NCBI GenBank assembly: GCA_965365445.1
Contig: CBDUBS010000003.1
Coordinates: 1 to 60,574, forward strand
Length of the DNA: 60,574 nucleotides
Reading direction: 5' to 3'
DNA from: an uncultured bacterium
Lineage (GTDB): Bacteria; Bacteroidota; Rhodothermia; Rhodothermales; DASSAV01
Shown here: positions 39,080-49,441 of the stretch, one piece after another
Layout of the letters: every line of letters begins with the position of its first letter
How positions within the stretch are numbered: position 1 is the stretch's first letter
The notes under the pieces: generated by a model
Told to the model about the DNA's origin: nothing
The model's database searches: none
The model's input: the letters and a program-made list of their open reading frames with translations, nothing else
Translations under genes and position numbers: made by a program

Positions 39080-40104
39080 ATGGCAAAGCAAAAGAACAGA
39101 GCCGCACCATGCTAACGACCGTCGCAGCGCGCCTTCAACGATGGTCGGAAACCCGGACCGGAACGCTGGCCCTCAAAGCCGGGCGCTATTTGTTTCTGGG
39201 CGGCATCCTGACCTACTTGCTCGTGCAGCTCACGCGCATCGGCTGGATGAACGTGTGGAAATCCCTGCCCGACACGCCGATTTTTTATGCGGCCTTTCTG
39301 CTGATCTACTTTTCGCTCCCCATCGCCGAAACGCTGATCTACCGTTCGGCATGGCGCTTTCGTCTGATTGAAGCTTTCCCGGTTTTCCTCAAAAAACGGG
39401 TGCTCAACAAGGATGTGCTCGGGTATTCCGGCGAAGTGTTTCTGTATCTCTGGGCCAAAAAGCATCTCCGGTTGGGCGACAGGGACATCCTGGGAAGCAT
39501 CAAGGACAATACGATCATCTCTTCGGTAGCGTCCACCTTTTTCGCAGTCGTGGCGCTGGCCGCTCTGTTTTTTACGGGCCAGATTGCCGTAGGGGAGCAC
39601 CTGACGAGGCACGACGCCGCCTACGTAACGGTCGCGGTGCTCGCCGTATCCATGCTCGTCCTTCTGGCGGCGCGTTTCAGACGGATGATCTTCCGGCTGC
39701 GCGGGCGCACGTTGCTCGTGCTGTTTACCATTCACCTCGGGAGGCTCGTAGTAACCCATACACTTCAGGTGGTACAGTGGGCTGCCGTATTGCCGGAGGT
39801 ATCCCTGAAGGTATGGTTTACGTACCTGGCCTTGCTCATGGTAACGAGCCGCATTCCGCTCATACCCGGCAGGGATTTCATTTTCCTGGGCGCCGGACTG
39901 GGCCTGTCCCGTATGATGGACGTTTCTTCGGCAGCCATTGCCGCCATGCTGCTGGCAGCGACCGTGCTGGATAAGGTGTTAAATTTTATAATGTTCACCT
40001 CGCTTTCGTTTTGGCACCGGAAACACCCGTCCAACCCTCCCGACGAACCCCCTGACCGGACGAAATGCGTATCGCCGGAAACGGTGGAGGCCGCGACGCC
40101 GTAG
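39076..40104 (+). CDS. Multi-pass membrane protein (LPG synthase TM / flippase-like)
   Basis: About 8 hydrophobic segments; glycosyltransferase operon context. Confidence 0.65.
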   Translation: MNGKAKEQSRTMLTTVAARLQRWSETRTGTLALKAGRYLFLGGILTYLLVQLTRIGWMNVWKSLPDTPIFYAAFLLIYFSLPIAETLIYRSAWRFRLIEAFPVFLKKRVLNKDVLGYSGEVFLYLWAKKHLRLGDRDILGSIKDNTIISSVASTFFAVVALAALFFTGQIAVGEHLTRHDAAYVTVAVLAVSMLVLLAARFRRMIFRLRGRTLLVLFTIHLGRLVVTHTLQVVQWAAVLPEVSLKVWFTYLALLMVTSRIPLIPGRDFIFLGAGLGLSRMMDVSSAAIAAMLLAATVLDKVLNFIMFTSLSFWHRKHPSNPPDEPPDRTKCVSPETVEAATP

Positions 40105-40224
40105 GATAACCGGGAGCGCAGCGGCGGCATACCTTTTGATGGTAGGGGGGTGTTACCAAAAGGGAGTCGTACGCGGCTTACACCTTTTGAGCTTCGATTG
40201 ATTACGGACCTGTCTACTTACTTC

Positions 40225-40953
40225 ATGCGTTCATACCCTACGTTCTTTCTGCTTTTCGTATGTTTCGCCCTGTTTCCGTTTGCGCATGATCTGAACGGGC
40301 AGCCGGGGGGCGAACCTCCCCTCGTGCTCGATGATTTCGAAGGATATACGGCGCCCGGCTTGCCGCTGAAATGGCAGTATATAGACGGAAGTCGGCGCTT
40401 CCAGCCCGTTACCCCGGGGATCATGAGCGAGGAAGAATACTTCGAAGTCGTCAAGGAGGGGCGCAATCAGTTTTTGCGGGCCATAACCTACGGCCGCGCC
40501 CATCGCCTCGTGTTGCCGAACGGAGGGGTTTATTCCTGGAATCTGGACGCGCACCCGGTGCTGTCGTGGGACTGGCGGGCCGTCCGTTTGCCGAAAGGCG
40601 CGCGGGAGGACCAGGAGAAACTCAACGACAGTGGAGCCGCCGTGTACGTGACGTTCGACCGCGATTGGCTGGGCCGACCCAGAAGCATCAAATACAGTTA
40701 CAGTTCGACCCTGCCGGTGGGGACGACGGTTTCCTATAACAGGCTGGCCGTTCTGGTCGTATCTTCGGGAGCTAACGGCAAAAAAGGCTGGCAGACCATC
40801 AGCCGAAACGTCAAGGAGGACTATCGGCGGTTTTTCGGAGGTGAGCCGCCGGACCGGCCGGTGTCGATCATGCTCTGGAGCGATTCCAACTCCACCGGAG
40901 ACGTCTCCGAAGCCGACTTCGACAACATACGGCTTCTTCCTGCCTCCCGTTAG
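40225..40953 (+). CDS. DUF3047 family periplasmic protein
   Basis: Signal peptide; PVLSWDW, DSGAAVYV, W..ISRNVKEDYRRFFG, SDS...ADFDNI. Confidence 0.8.
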   Translation: MRSYPTFFLLFVCFALFPFAHDLNGQPGGEPPLVLDDFEGYTAPGLPLKWQYIDGSRRFQPVTPGIMSEEEYFEVVKEGRNQFLRAITYGRAHRLVLPNGGVYSWNLDAHPVLSWDWRAVRLPKGAREDQEKLNDSGAAVYVTFDRDWLGRPRSIKYSYSSTLPVGTTVSYNRLAVLVVSSGANGKKGWQTISRNVKEDYRRFFGGEPPDRPVSIMLWSDSNSTGDVSEADFDNIRLLPASR

Positions 40954-41083
40954 CGTTCACGATGGAGACTTCAGCCGTTCGCCGCCTCGTTTATAATCCC
41001 TGACGACACGCTTTCCCGGCCGCATAAGGTTCGCACAGCCTTTCACGGGAAGTTTGATCGGGGGCATTTACTATTCCGATCGT

Positions 41084-43627
41084 ATGGATCGTTTGTTTCA
41101 GGCGCTTCGCCCGTTCATAAGGGGCGTCGTTCGTTACCCGGCTCTGGTAGTCGGCCTGGCCCTGCTCGTCTCCGTAGCGGCCTCCTTTTTTGTGGTGCGC
41201 CTCCGTATCGACACGGACCTGGCCAACCTGATCCCGCCGGAGTACCCGAGCGTGCAGGCCCTCGACCGCTTGCGCGAAACCCTCGGGGGCGAGAGCGACG
41301 TATCGGTCGCCATCGAAAGCCCCTCCTTTGAAGCCAACAAAGCGTTTGCCGAAGCCCTCATACCCCGGGCCCTGGCTCTGACCGAACCCGACGGCGAGCC
41401 GTACCTCACCCGTGTCGAGTACCGCCGCGAAACCGCGTTCCTCCAGAACAATGCGCTTTATTTCGCTACCGCCCAGGAACTGGACAGTCTGGAGGGTTAT
41501 CTGAATGCGCGGATCGAGGAAGCCAAGCTGGAAGCCAATCCGTTCTATTTCGACCTGGACCTCGAAGATGAGGAGGCGGCGCCCGATACGACCGGCGAAA
41601 CCCTGCTGGCTACGTATCGGGATATCGTAGGTAAAGAGTACCCCGTTTCCGACGACAGCACGACCCTGGTGCTTCGTTTCTACCCGTCGGGCTCGCAGAC
41701 GAACATCGGCTATATCGACGACCTCTACACGACGCTCCAGGCGCTCGTCGATACGATGGATGCGGCCTCGTACCATCCGGCTATGGAGATCACCCTCGCC
41801 GGGCGGTTATTGCGGCAGCTCATCGAAGTGCGAGCCATTACGAACGACGTGCTCGGGTCGTTTGGGGTGGGTGTATCGACCGTGCTGCTGGTGGTCGTCC
41901 TCTATTTTCTGTACAAATCCTACCGGGCCCGCGCCGGCAGGCGCTTCAACCTCCGTTTGCTGCTTTCCGTACTGGCCCGGTTCCCGGCAATGGCATTGCT
42001 CATCGGGTTGCCCCTCGCAATGAGCCTGCTGTGGACGTTCTCGCTGGCTTATCTCGTATTCGGAACGCTCAACCTGATGACTTCCACCCTGGGTCTGGTG
42101 CTTTTCGGACTGGGCATCGACTACGGCATTCATTTCTACGCCCGGTATTCGGAAGAACGGGCAAAGGGCCATTCCGTCGCCGAAGCGGCCGAAACGACGT
42201 TCGTGAGTACCGGTCAGGCCGTAGCGGTTGGGGCCCTTACGACCGCTGCGGCCCTGTATGTGCTGCTGATCGCCGACTTCCGCGGCTTCAGTGAGTTCGG
42301 TTTCATCGCCGGGACGGGTATTTTGCTGGCGCTCATCTCGATGCTCGTCGTTCTTCCGGCGTTGCTCAGCCTGTTCGAGCGGTTTCATCTCGTCAAGATG
42401 GAATCCGTACACGATGAGGCCGATTTACATGCCGGGCCAACCCGGTTTCCTGCCGCCAAAGCCATCATAGTCGGCAGTTTCGCGGCCGTTGTGCTTGCCA
42501 TCCTTTTCCTGCCTACCCTTTCCTTCGAATACCAGTTCGGCAGACTCGAGCCGGAGTATGTGGACTATAACAACCGCCTCGAAAAAGTCCGCCGGGTGTA
42601 CGAAGGAGGGCGGCGCAATCCGGCGTATGTCGTCGTGGACGATGCCGCCGAAGCCGTCGCGGTCGCTGCGGCGGTGCGGAAGCACGCGGCTTCGGACACG
42701 CTGACGCCTACCATTCACGACGTGGAGATCCTGCAAGACCGGTTCCCTCTTACTCCGCAGGCGCAGGCGCAGAAACTCGAACACATTGCTCGGGTGCGGG
42801 AGATCCTGGACGATCCGTTTCTGCAAGCCGAATCCTCGGATGAGATGAACCGGCTGCGGCAGGCCGCCCAGACCTCGGCGCCCATCACGATAGAGCAGGT
42901 GCCCGAGCATCTCCGGAAACAGTTTACGACGCGTTCCGGCGAAATCGGGAATTTCGTCATCATCACGCCGGCAGTCGGCCTCTCCGATGGACGGGCCTCC
43001 ATTCGCTTTGCAGAGGATGTCGGCACGATCGTGACGGAAAATGGAGCCGTATACCACGCAGGCTCCACCTCGCTGGTGGCGGCCGACATGCTTCGCCTGA
43101 TGATGAAAGAAGCGCCCTGGATGGTAGGAGCCACCTTTTTGCTGGTAGTCCTGCTGATGTTCGTGAACTTCCGGTCCGTGCGGTACACGCTGCTGGCGAC
43201 GCTTCCGCTCGTGGTAGGGGTGCTCTGGATGATCCTGCTGATGGAATGGCTGGATGTGAAGCTGAATTTCTATAACCTCGTCGTGCTGCCCGCCATTCTG
43301 GGCATCGGCAACGATGCGGGCGTCCATATGGTGCATCGGTACCTGGAGGAAGGGCGGAGCTCGTTGCGCTACATCATCCGCTCTACCGGCGAGCACATCA
43401 CTATGGCGTCGCTCACCACCATGATCGGGTTTGCCGGGCTGCTGCTCAGCTTTCACCCCGGCCTGCACTCCATCGGGGAGCTTGCCGTCATCGGCATCGG
43501 GACCACCCTGCTGGCGGCGTTGCTCTTCCTGCCGGCGTTGCTGCAATGGATGGAAGACCGTAGCGGCGAAGCTGGCGCATCGGTTGGCTCCGGCTCGGCG
43601 GCGCCCCGGCGCCCGGCGGAAGCCTGA
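41084..43627 (+). CDS. MMPL/RND family lipid exporter
   Basis: Two TM blocks with GLGIDYGIH and GIGNDAGVH motifs. Confidence 0.9.
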   Translation: MDRLFQALRPFIRGVVRYPALVVGLALLVSVAASFFVVRLRIDTDLANLIPPEYPSVQALDRLRETLGGESDVSVAIESPSFEANKAFAEALIPRALALTEPDGEPYLTRVEYRRETAFLQNNALYFATAQELDSLEGYLNARIEEAKLEANPFYFDLDLEDEEAAPDTTGETLLATYRDIVGKEYPVSDDSTTLVLRFYPSGSQTNIGYIDDLYTTLQALVDTMDAASYHPAMEITLAGRLLRQLIEVRAITNDVLGSFGVGVSTVLLVVVLYFLYKSYRARAGRRFNLRLLLSVLARFPAMALLIGLPLAMSLLWTFSLAYLVFGTLNLMTSTLGLVLFGLGIDYGIHFYARYSEERAKGHSVAEAAETTFVSTGQAVAVGALTTAAALYVLLIADFRGFSEFGFIAGTGILLALISMLVVLPALLSLFERFHLVKMESVHDEADLHAGPTRFPAAKAIIVGSFAAVVLAILFLPTLSFEYQFGRLEPEYVDYNNRLEKVRRVYEGGRRNPAYVVVDDAAEAVAVAAAVRKHAASDTLTPTIHDVEILQDRFPLTPQAQAQKLEHIARVREILDDPFLQAESSDEMNRLRQAAQTSAPITIEQVPEHLRKQFTTRSGEIGNFVIITPAVGLSDGRASIRFAEDVGTIVTENGAVYHAGSTSLVAADMLRLMMKEAPWMVGATFLLVVLLMFVNFRSVRYTLLATLPLVVGVLWMILLMEWLDVKLNFYNLVVLPAILGIGNDAGVHMVHRYLEEGRSSLRYIIRSTGEHITMASLTTMIGFAGLLLSFHPGLHSIGELAVIGIGTTLLAALLFLPALLQWMEDRSGEAGASVGSGSAAPRRPAEA

Positions 43628-43647
43628 ACGTTCCGGGCCTCGCGACG

Positions 43648-44826
43648 TTACCGAACTGAAGGATGGTTATCATCCCGTACGAGTCGCTGGAGGGCTTCGG
43701 CATACCGATCGGCCACGGCAGGCCAGCCATACGTCTCCCGCGTGTACTGCTCGGCCTGCCCGGAAGCGGACCGGAGCCGTTCCCGGTCATCCATGTAGTA
43801 CCGTATGCGCTCGATGAAGGCGGAAGCATTCCGGCTTTCGACCAGATGCCCGTTGCGCCCTTCGGCGACCACATCCGCGATGCCCTCCAGATGCGAGGCC
43901 ACGACGGGCAGCCCGTTTAGGCCCGCCTCCAGGATGACCACCCCGAATCCCTCCATGTCTCCGGGCACCGGGATATTGGGCATGATGAACAGGTCGGCTC
44001 CCCGGTACAGGGCCGTGAGGGTTTCCTCCGATACGCGGCCCAGCAGCCGCACCCGGTGGGCCAGGTTGAACCGGGCTATGGCCTCACGGAGCCGGGGGTG
44101 CTCCGGCCCCTCTCCGGCAATCCAGTAGTGGAACTGCTCGGGAAGGCGCGGCATTACGTGGGTGACGAACCATACGGACCCTTTTCGTTCTACCTGCCTG
44201 CCGACGCTGCACAGCAACAAGGCTTCCTCTGGAAGGCCATCCGCCGGGAAGCGGGCAGCAACGAGCGAGCGACGGCCGCGCTCCGGCTTTCCGAAACGCC
44301 GGGTATCGATGCCGTTGGGGATTATCTGAACCTTGTGCTCCGCGAGGCCCCGCTGCCGGCACGCTTCGGCCGTGGCCCGGCTTACCGGAAAAACACGGTC
44401 GAGCGAAGCAAACACCCGGGGTACGAACCGCTGGTACACCATACCGGGCAGGGTTACGTCCCGCCCGTGAACGATGGCCGCAGTCCGAATGCCGTTCGCG
44501 CGGAACAACCGGCGCAGCGGTACGGCGAGCGAGGCCGTGACCATAGATGAAAAGAGCACCACGTCGGCTTTGCGGGCTACGGCCAGGTAACCCAGCATCG
44601 CGAGGGTACGGAGCAGAAAAGGGCCGGTCCGCAGGTGCGTCCAGCGCCAGGAAGTGCGCAGCGCCACCGTCCGTACCGACAGGCGCTCGTGCTGCTCCAG
44701 GGCCCGGTGCAGCTCCGAGGCTACCCGTTGCATCCCGCCGATGTTCGTATCCGGGCGATGGGGCGGAGGAAAAGAGTGCGACACGAAAACGACGCGCATC
44801 CCGGACCGCACATCCTTACGTATCAC
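43648..44826 (-). CDS. Glycosyltransferase family 4 (PimB-like)
   Basis: GGMQR, IPNGID, EGFGVVILEA. Confidence 0.9.
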   Translation of the reverse strand: MIRKDVRSGMRVVFVSHSFPPPHRPDTNIGGMQRVASELHRALEQHERLSVRTVALRTSWRWTHLRTGPFLLRTLAMLGYLAVARKADVVLFSSMVTASLAVPLRRLFRANGIRTAAIVHGRDVTLPGMVYQRFVPRVFASLDRVFPVSRATAEACRQRGLAEHKVQIIPNGIDTRRFGKPERGRRSLVAARFPADGLPEEALLLCSVGRQVERKGSVWFVTHVMPRLPEQFHYWIAGEGPEHPRLREAIARFNLAHRVRLLGRVSEETLTALYRGADLFIMPNIPVPGDMEGFGVVILEAGLNGLPVVASHLEGIADVVAEGRNGHLVESRNASAFIERIRYYMDDRERLRSASGQAEQYTRETYGWPAVADRYAEALQRLVRDDNHPSVR

Positions 44827-46085
44827 AGGACGGCGGCCCCGGCCAGCTCCCGGGCCGGATTGGATACACCAACGCCGTTTTTATCGCCGATGGTTTCCGG
44901 TCTGAGAATTTCGTCGTAGTACGCGTCGATCCGGGAAAGCACGCTATCCCATTCATATGTGCGGGCGCGGGCGAGCGCCCGGGCGCCCACCTGCCGGCGC
45001 AGCAGCGGGTCGAGCGCGAGCCGCGTAACCGCGTCGAGGAAGGCGCTTTTGCTGCCCGGCGCCGCCAGATAGCCGGATATGCCATGTTCGATCAGTCCGT
45101 TGCTGCCCGTGGCGTCGGCGCAAACCGCCGGCAGGCCGGATGCCATGGCCTCCAGCGTAACGTTGCCGAACGTCTCGGTATCGCTCGGGAAAAGAAAGAT
45201 GTCCGACGAGGCGTATGCGCGGGCCAGTGCTTCTCCGCCCAGATACCCCGTGAAGATCGTATCAGCCAGGCGCTCCGAAAGTTCGGCCCTGGCCGGCCCG
45301 TCCCCTACGACCATGCTGCGGTGGGGGATGCCCCGTTCCTTTAACCCCTTGACGACATCGGCGAAGATGCCCAGCCCTTTTTCCCATACGAGCCGCCCTA
45401 CGAACGTGATGAGCACTTCCTGATCGTCCACGGCGAGCGTGTGCCGCCACGCCGAAGAACGCCGCGACGGGTTGAACAGGGTGGTGTTCACTCCCCGCTC
45501 CCAGAGCCGCAGGCCGCGCTGGATCTCATGCGCCCGCAATACGGCTGCCATCGAATGGGACGGAACGTATATATGCTTGCACTGCCGGTAAAAACGGCGC
45601 AGGTACTTCCACAGAAATCCTTCGAGTTCCTCGAACCCGTAGTACTTGAGGTACGAGCTGAAATGTGTGTGATACGAAGCGACCACCGGCACATTCCATT
45701 TGCGGGCCAGACGCAACGCCTGGTTGCCCAGCAGGTCCGGCGTAGCGATGTGGAACAGGGTAGGCCGGAAGGCGGCCAGCTTTCGCCGGCCGGCCGGCGT
45801 CAACCCCAGCGATACCCGATATTCGGGCCGGCCCGGCGCGGCGATGGACGGCACCGGCACCAGTTTCCCGGCATGCTTCACCGGAGGGTTTTCCACCGAC
45901 GGCGCAAAGACAAGCACCTCCGCTCCGTGCCGCTCCAGGTAATCGACGAGCCGGTTCAGCGTTAGCGAAACCCCGTCCGCTATATGGTTATAGGCGCCCG
46001 TAAACAGCGCAACGCGTTTCGGCGTCGGCTCGCGCCGCTCGCCCGGCCTGCCGTCCCGCCGGGCGGTCCGTATCGCTTTCATCAT
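44823..46085 (-). CDS. Glycosyltransferase family 4 (MgtA/SQD2-like glycolipid synthase)
   Basis: DGVSLTL, HIATPD, SYHTHF, WERGV, ETFGNVTLEAMASG. Confidence 0.9.
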   Translation of the reverse strand: MMKAIRTARRDGRPGERREPTPKRVALFTGAYNHIADGVSLTLNRLVDYLERHGAEVLVFAPSVENPPVKHAGKLVPVPSIAAPGRPEYRVSLGLTPAGRRKLAAFRPTLFHIATPDLLGNQALRLARKWNVPVVASYHTHFSSYLKYYGFEELEGFLWKYLRRFYRQCKHIYVPSHSMAAVLRAHEIQRGLRLWERGVNTTLFNPSRRSSAWRHTLAVDDQEVLITFVGRLVWEKGLGIFADVVKGLKERGIPHRSMVVGDGPARAELSERLADTIFTGYLGGEALARAYASSDIFLFPSDTETFGNVTLEAMASGLPAVCADATGSNGLIEHGISGYLAAPGSKSAFLDAVTRLALDPLLRRQVGARALARARTYEWDSVLSRIDAYYDEILRPETIGDKNGVGVSNPARELAGAAVL

Positions 46086-46322
46086 GGAATGGTTCTACTT
46101 CGGGTGAATGCCGAGGAGGGGATGCCGGCGTCGGTTCAGGCGCAAACGAAGCAAAATACGTCGTTGCGGCCCGCTGCGCTATCGGGTAGCGCAAAAACCT
46201 GACTCGTGCATAATCAACGGGCCGGGCCAACCGGGATGGCTGCATTTCTCCTCAATCGGTATAAAGCCGCCGTGAAGCCGGGCCGGGTAACGCGGGTCGA
46301 CGAAAAAGTGAAAAATGTTACC

Positions 46323-49208
46323 TCACGGTTCGAAGCCGGGCAGGACGGACCGCAGGGCAAGCCCGGTATGGCTGGCCGGGTCGGCGGCCAGTTGCTCCGG
46401 GGTGCCTTGCGCTACGATGAAGCCCCCGCGCCGCCCCCCTTCCGGGCCCAGGTCAATCACCCAGTCCGCGCTTTTTATCACGTCGATGTTGTGCTCCACG
46501 ATGACCACCGAGTGCCCGTCGGCAACGAGCCGGTTGAAGGCATCGAGGAGTTTGCGGATATCCTCGAAGTGCAGCCCCGTCGTAGGTTCGTCGAACAGGT
46601 AAAGCGTGCGCTCGCGCGTGGTTTTGCCCAGGTGGGCGGCCAGCTTGATGCGTTGCGCCTCTCCACCGGACAGCGTTGTGGAAGGTTGCCCCAGGGTCAG
46701 GTACCCCAACCCGATATCCCGCAGAACCCGAAGCTTGTTCACGATGGCCGGCGCGGCTTCGAAGAACTCGACGGCTTCATCGACGGTCATGTTCAGGATG
46801 TCATCGATGTTTTTGCCGTGATAGTGGATTTCGAGCACGTCCTGTTTGAAGCGTTTTCCTTTGCAGGCTTCGCACTCCAGGTAAAGATCCGCCAGAAACT
46901 GCATCTCGATTTTTACGACGCCCTCTCCCTGGCACACTTCACACCGCCCCCCGGGTACGTTGAACGAGAAATAACCCGGCTTGTATCCCCGGATTCGGGC
47001 CTGATACGTCTCCGACATCAGCTCCCGGATGGCATCGAAAGCTTTGGTGTACGTTACCGGGTTGGAGCGCGGCGTCCGGCCGATGGGGCTCTGATCCACC
47101 ATTTCGATCTGGTCGATCAGGTGGTGCCCCCGGATGGCGTCGTGCGCGCCGGGCGCGCTTTCCAGGTCCGGCGCTCCCTTCACACGGCGCAATCCCTGGT
47201 AAAGCGTATCGTAAACCAGCGTCGATTTCCCCGAGCCGCTCACCCCCGTCACGCACACGATCATGCCGAGCGGGAACGACGCATCGAGGCGCTTGAGGTT
47301 GTGTTGCCGCGCCTTTTCGACCACGATGACCTTCTCTTCATCGACCGGCCGGCGCTCCGCCGGCGTCTCGATGTTCCGGCGGCCGCTGAGGTACTTGCCC
47401 GTGAGCGAGCTTTCCGAGCGAAGGATTTCGTCATACGATCCCTGAAACATCACCTCCCCCCCGAGCCGCCCGGCCCCCGGGCCCAGGTCTACGATCTGAT
47501 CCGCCCGGCGCATCATTTCCGCTTCGTGCTCCACTACGATCACGGTGTTCCCGATATCGCGCAGGCGCTCCAGGATGCGGATGAGGCGGTCGGTGTCGCG
47601 GGGGTGCAGCCCTATGGACGGCTCATCGAGTACGTACAACGAGCCGACGAGCGAGGAGCCGAGCGAAGTCGCCAGGTTGATCCGCTGGCTTTCTCCCCCG
47701 GATAGGGTCTGCGAGAGCCGATCCAGGCTGAGGTAATCCAGCCCCACTTCCACGAGGTAATGCAGCCGCTTGCGGATTTCTTCGAGCACCCGCCCGGCGA
47801 TTTTTTCCTCGTGCTCGGTAAGCCGGATGTCGTTGAAAAACGCCTCGGCGTCGGCCGTGGTCAGCTCGCACACTTCCCCGATGTGGTGGCCGCCCACCCG
47901 TACGTACAGGGCTTCCGGCTTGAGGCGGTATCCCTTGCAGGACGGGCAGTGCGTATACCCCCGAAAACGGGCGTGGTAGATCCGGTAATGCATCTTGTAG
48001 GCGTGGCGCTCCAGAAAACGGAAGAACCCGTTGATGCCTACATAATCCCCGCCGCCCTCCCAGATCAGCCGGCGCTCCCGCTCGGAAAGCCGGACGTAGG
48101 GCGCATCGAGGTTTACCTGCTCGGCGGCCGCCACCCGCACGAGGTCCTTGTAGTACTTGCTCCACTGCTCGGTCCGAAACGGCGCCAGAGCCCCCTGGCG
48201 GACAGACAGCTCCGGGTTGGGCACCACCAGGTTTTCATCGATCCCCGGCACGCGCCCGAAGCCCTGGCATACCGGGCACGCCCCCACGGGACTGTTGAAG
48301 GAGAAAAGGTGGGGGGCCGGTTCTTCGAAACGCATCCCATCGCGTTCGAAAAACTCGCTGAACGATAGGGAAGCACCCTCTCTGACCTGAATGACACACC
48401 GACCTCCTCCTTCTCTGAACGCCTGTTCAACCGAATCCGCCGTGCGCGACAGAAAGGCCGGATCGTCTTTCCGAACCGTCAGTCGGTCCACCAGTACGAG
48501 CAGGCGGTCCCGTGCGGCCCGGACTTTCTCCGGCGGGGTTTCGTTCAGGTCTACGATTTCCTCGCTCGCTCCTTTATCTCGCTGCGCTCCGGTAGGCAGC
48601 ACGAGCACCCGCGAAAACCCTCGCCGGTGCAGGGCCTCCAGTTCGGTCTTTACGGTTACTTTCTTCCGATCCGGAAGCGGAAAGCACAGGTAAAACCGTG
48701 CGCCCTCATCGAGCGTCCGCGCCAGGGTTTCTGCTGCCGAGCGCGGCGAGTCGCGGGTAACTTCTTCCCCGCTCACCGGCGAGTAGGTGCGGCCAATCCG
48801 GGCATACAACAGCCTCAGATGGTCGTAAATCTCCGTCTGCGTGGCGACGGTCGAGCGCGGATTCTTCGATGTGGTTTTCTGTTCGATGGCAATGGCCGGG
48901 GCCAGGCCCGTTATCAGGTCCACGTCGGGCTTATCCATGCGTTCGAGGAACTGCCGGGCATAGGCGCTCAGGCTTTCCACGTACCGCCGCTGCCCTTCTG
49001 CATAGATCGTGTCGAAAGCCAGCGAGGATTTTCCGGAGCCGGAGGGGCCGGTAAATACGATGAGCCGATTACGGGGCAGCTCCAGACTGACGTTTTTCAG
49101 ATTGTGCTGGCGGGCGCCCCTGATGACGAGACGGCGCCGGGGCGCCTGGCCGTTACCCGACGGCGGCGCTTCGCGTGAAGCCGGTTCGAGGCCGGTATAC
49201 TGATCCAT
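46323..49208 (-). CDS. uvrA: Excinuclease ABC subunit UvrA
   Basis: GARQHNLK, two GxSGSGKS Walker A motifs, LSGGE x2, [11 protein letters not shown]. Confidence 0.95.
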   Translation of the reverse strand: MDQYTGLEPASREAPPSGNGQAPRRRLVIRGARQHNLKNVSLELPRNRLIVFTGPSGSGKSSLAFDTIYAEGQRRYVESLSAYARQFLERMDKPDVDLITGLAPAIAIEQKTTSKNPRSTVATQTEIYDHLRLLYARIGRTYSPVSGEEVTRDSPRSAAETLARTLDEGARFYLCFPLPDRKKVTVKTELEALHRRGFSRVLVLPTGAQRDKGASEEIVDLNETPPEKVRAARDRLLVLVDRLTVRKDDPAFLSRTADSVEQAFREGGGRCVIQVREGASLSFSEFFERDGMRFEEPAPHLFSFNSPVGACPVCQGFGRVPGIDENLVVPNPELSVRQGALAPFRTEQWSKYYKDLVRVAAAEQVNLDAPYVRLSERERRLIWEGGGDYVGINGFFRFLERHAYKMHYRIYHARFRGYTHCPSCKGYRLKPEALYVRVGGHHIGEVCELTTADAEAFFNDIRLTEHEEKIAGRVLEEIRKRLHYLVEVGLDYLSLDRLSQTLSGGESQRINLATSLGSSLVGSLYVLDEPSIGLHPRDTDRLIRILERLRDIGNTVIVVEHEAEMMRRADQIVDLGPGAGRLGGEVMFQGSYDEILRSESSLTGKYLSGRRNIETPAERRPVDEEKVIVVEKARQHNLKRLDASFPLGMIVCVTGVSGSGKSTLVYDTLYQGLRRVKGAPDLESAPGAHDAIRGHHLIDQIEMVDQSPIGRTPRSNPVTYTKAFDAIRELMSETYQARIRGYKPGYFSFNVPGGRCEVCQGEGVVKIEMQFLADLYLECEACKGKRFKQDVLEIHYHGKNIDDILNMTVDEAVEFFEAAPAIVNKLRVLRDIGLGYLTLGQPSTTLSGGEAQRIKLAAHLGKTTRERTLYLFDEPTTGLHFEDIRKLLDAFNRLVADGHSVVIVEHNIDVIKSADWVIDLGPEGGRRGGFIVAQGTPEQLAADPASHTGLALRSVLPGFEP

Positions 49209-49441
49209 GATATGTTCGTAAGAGACTGTAAATACGGGCGTAGGCTGCCCGGGCAATCGGACTTATACGCGGAAGCAACCGGATGGATGCTGCCCGCCTA
49301 ACAAAGATGCGGCGAAGCCGCAGGGGGGTGCTCCGGCGGAACAGCCGGTGATTGCCGGGGTAGGGTACTCCTGCCGGCTTCGCCCACCGACAGGCGGTGG
49401 ATGCCGGGCCGGATAGAGTACCGAAAGGACCGCGACTGACT

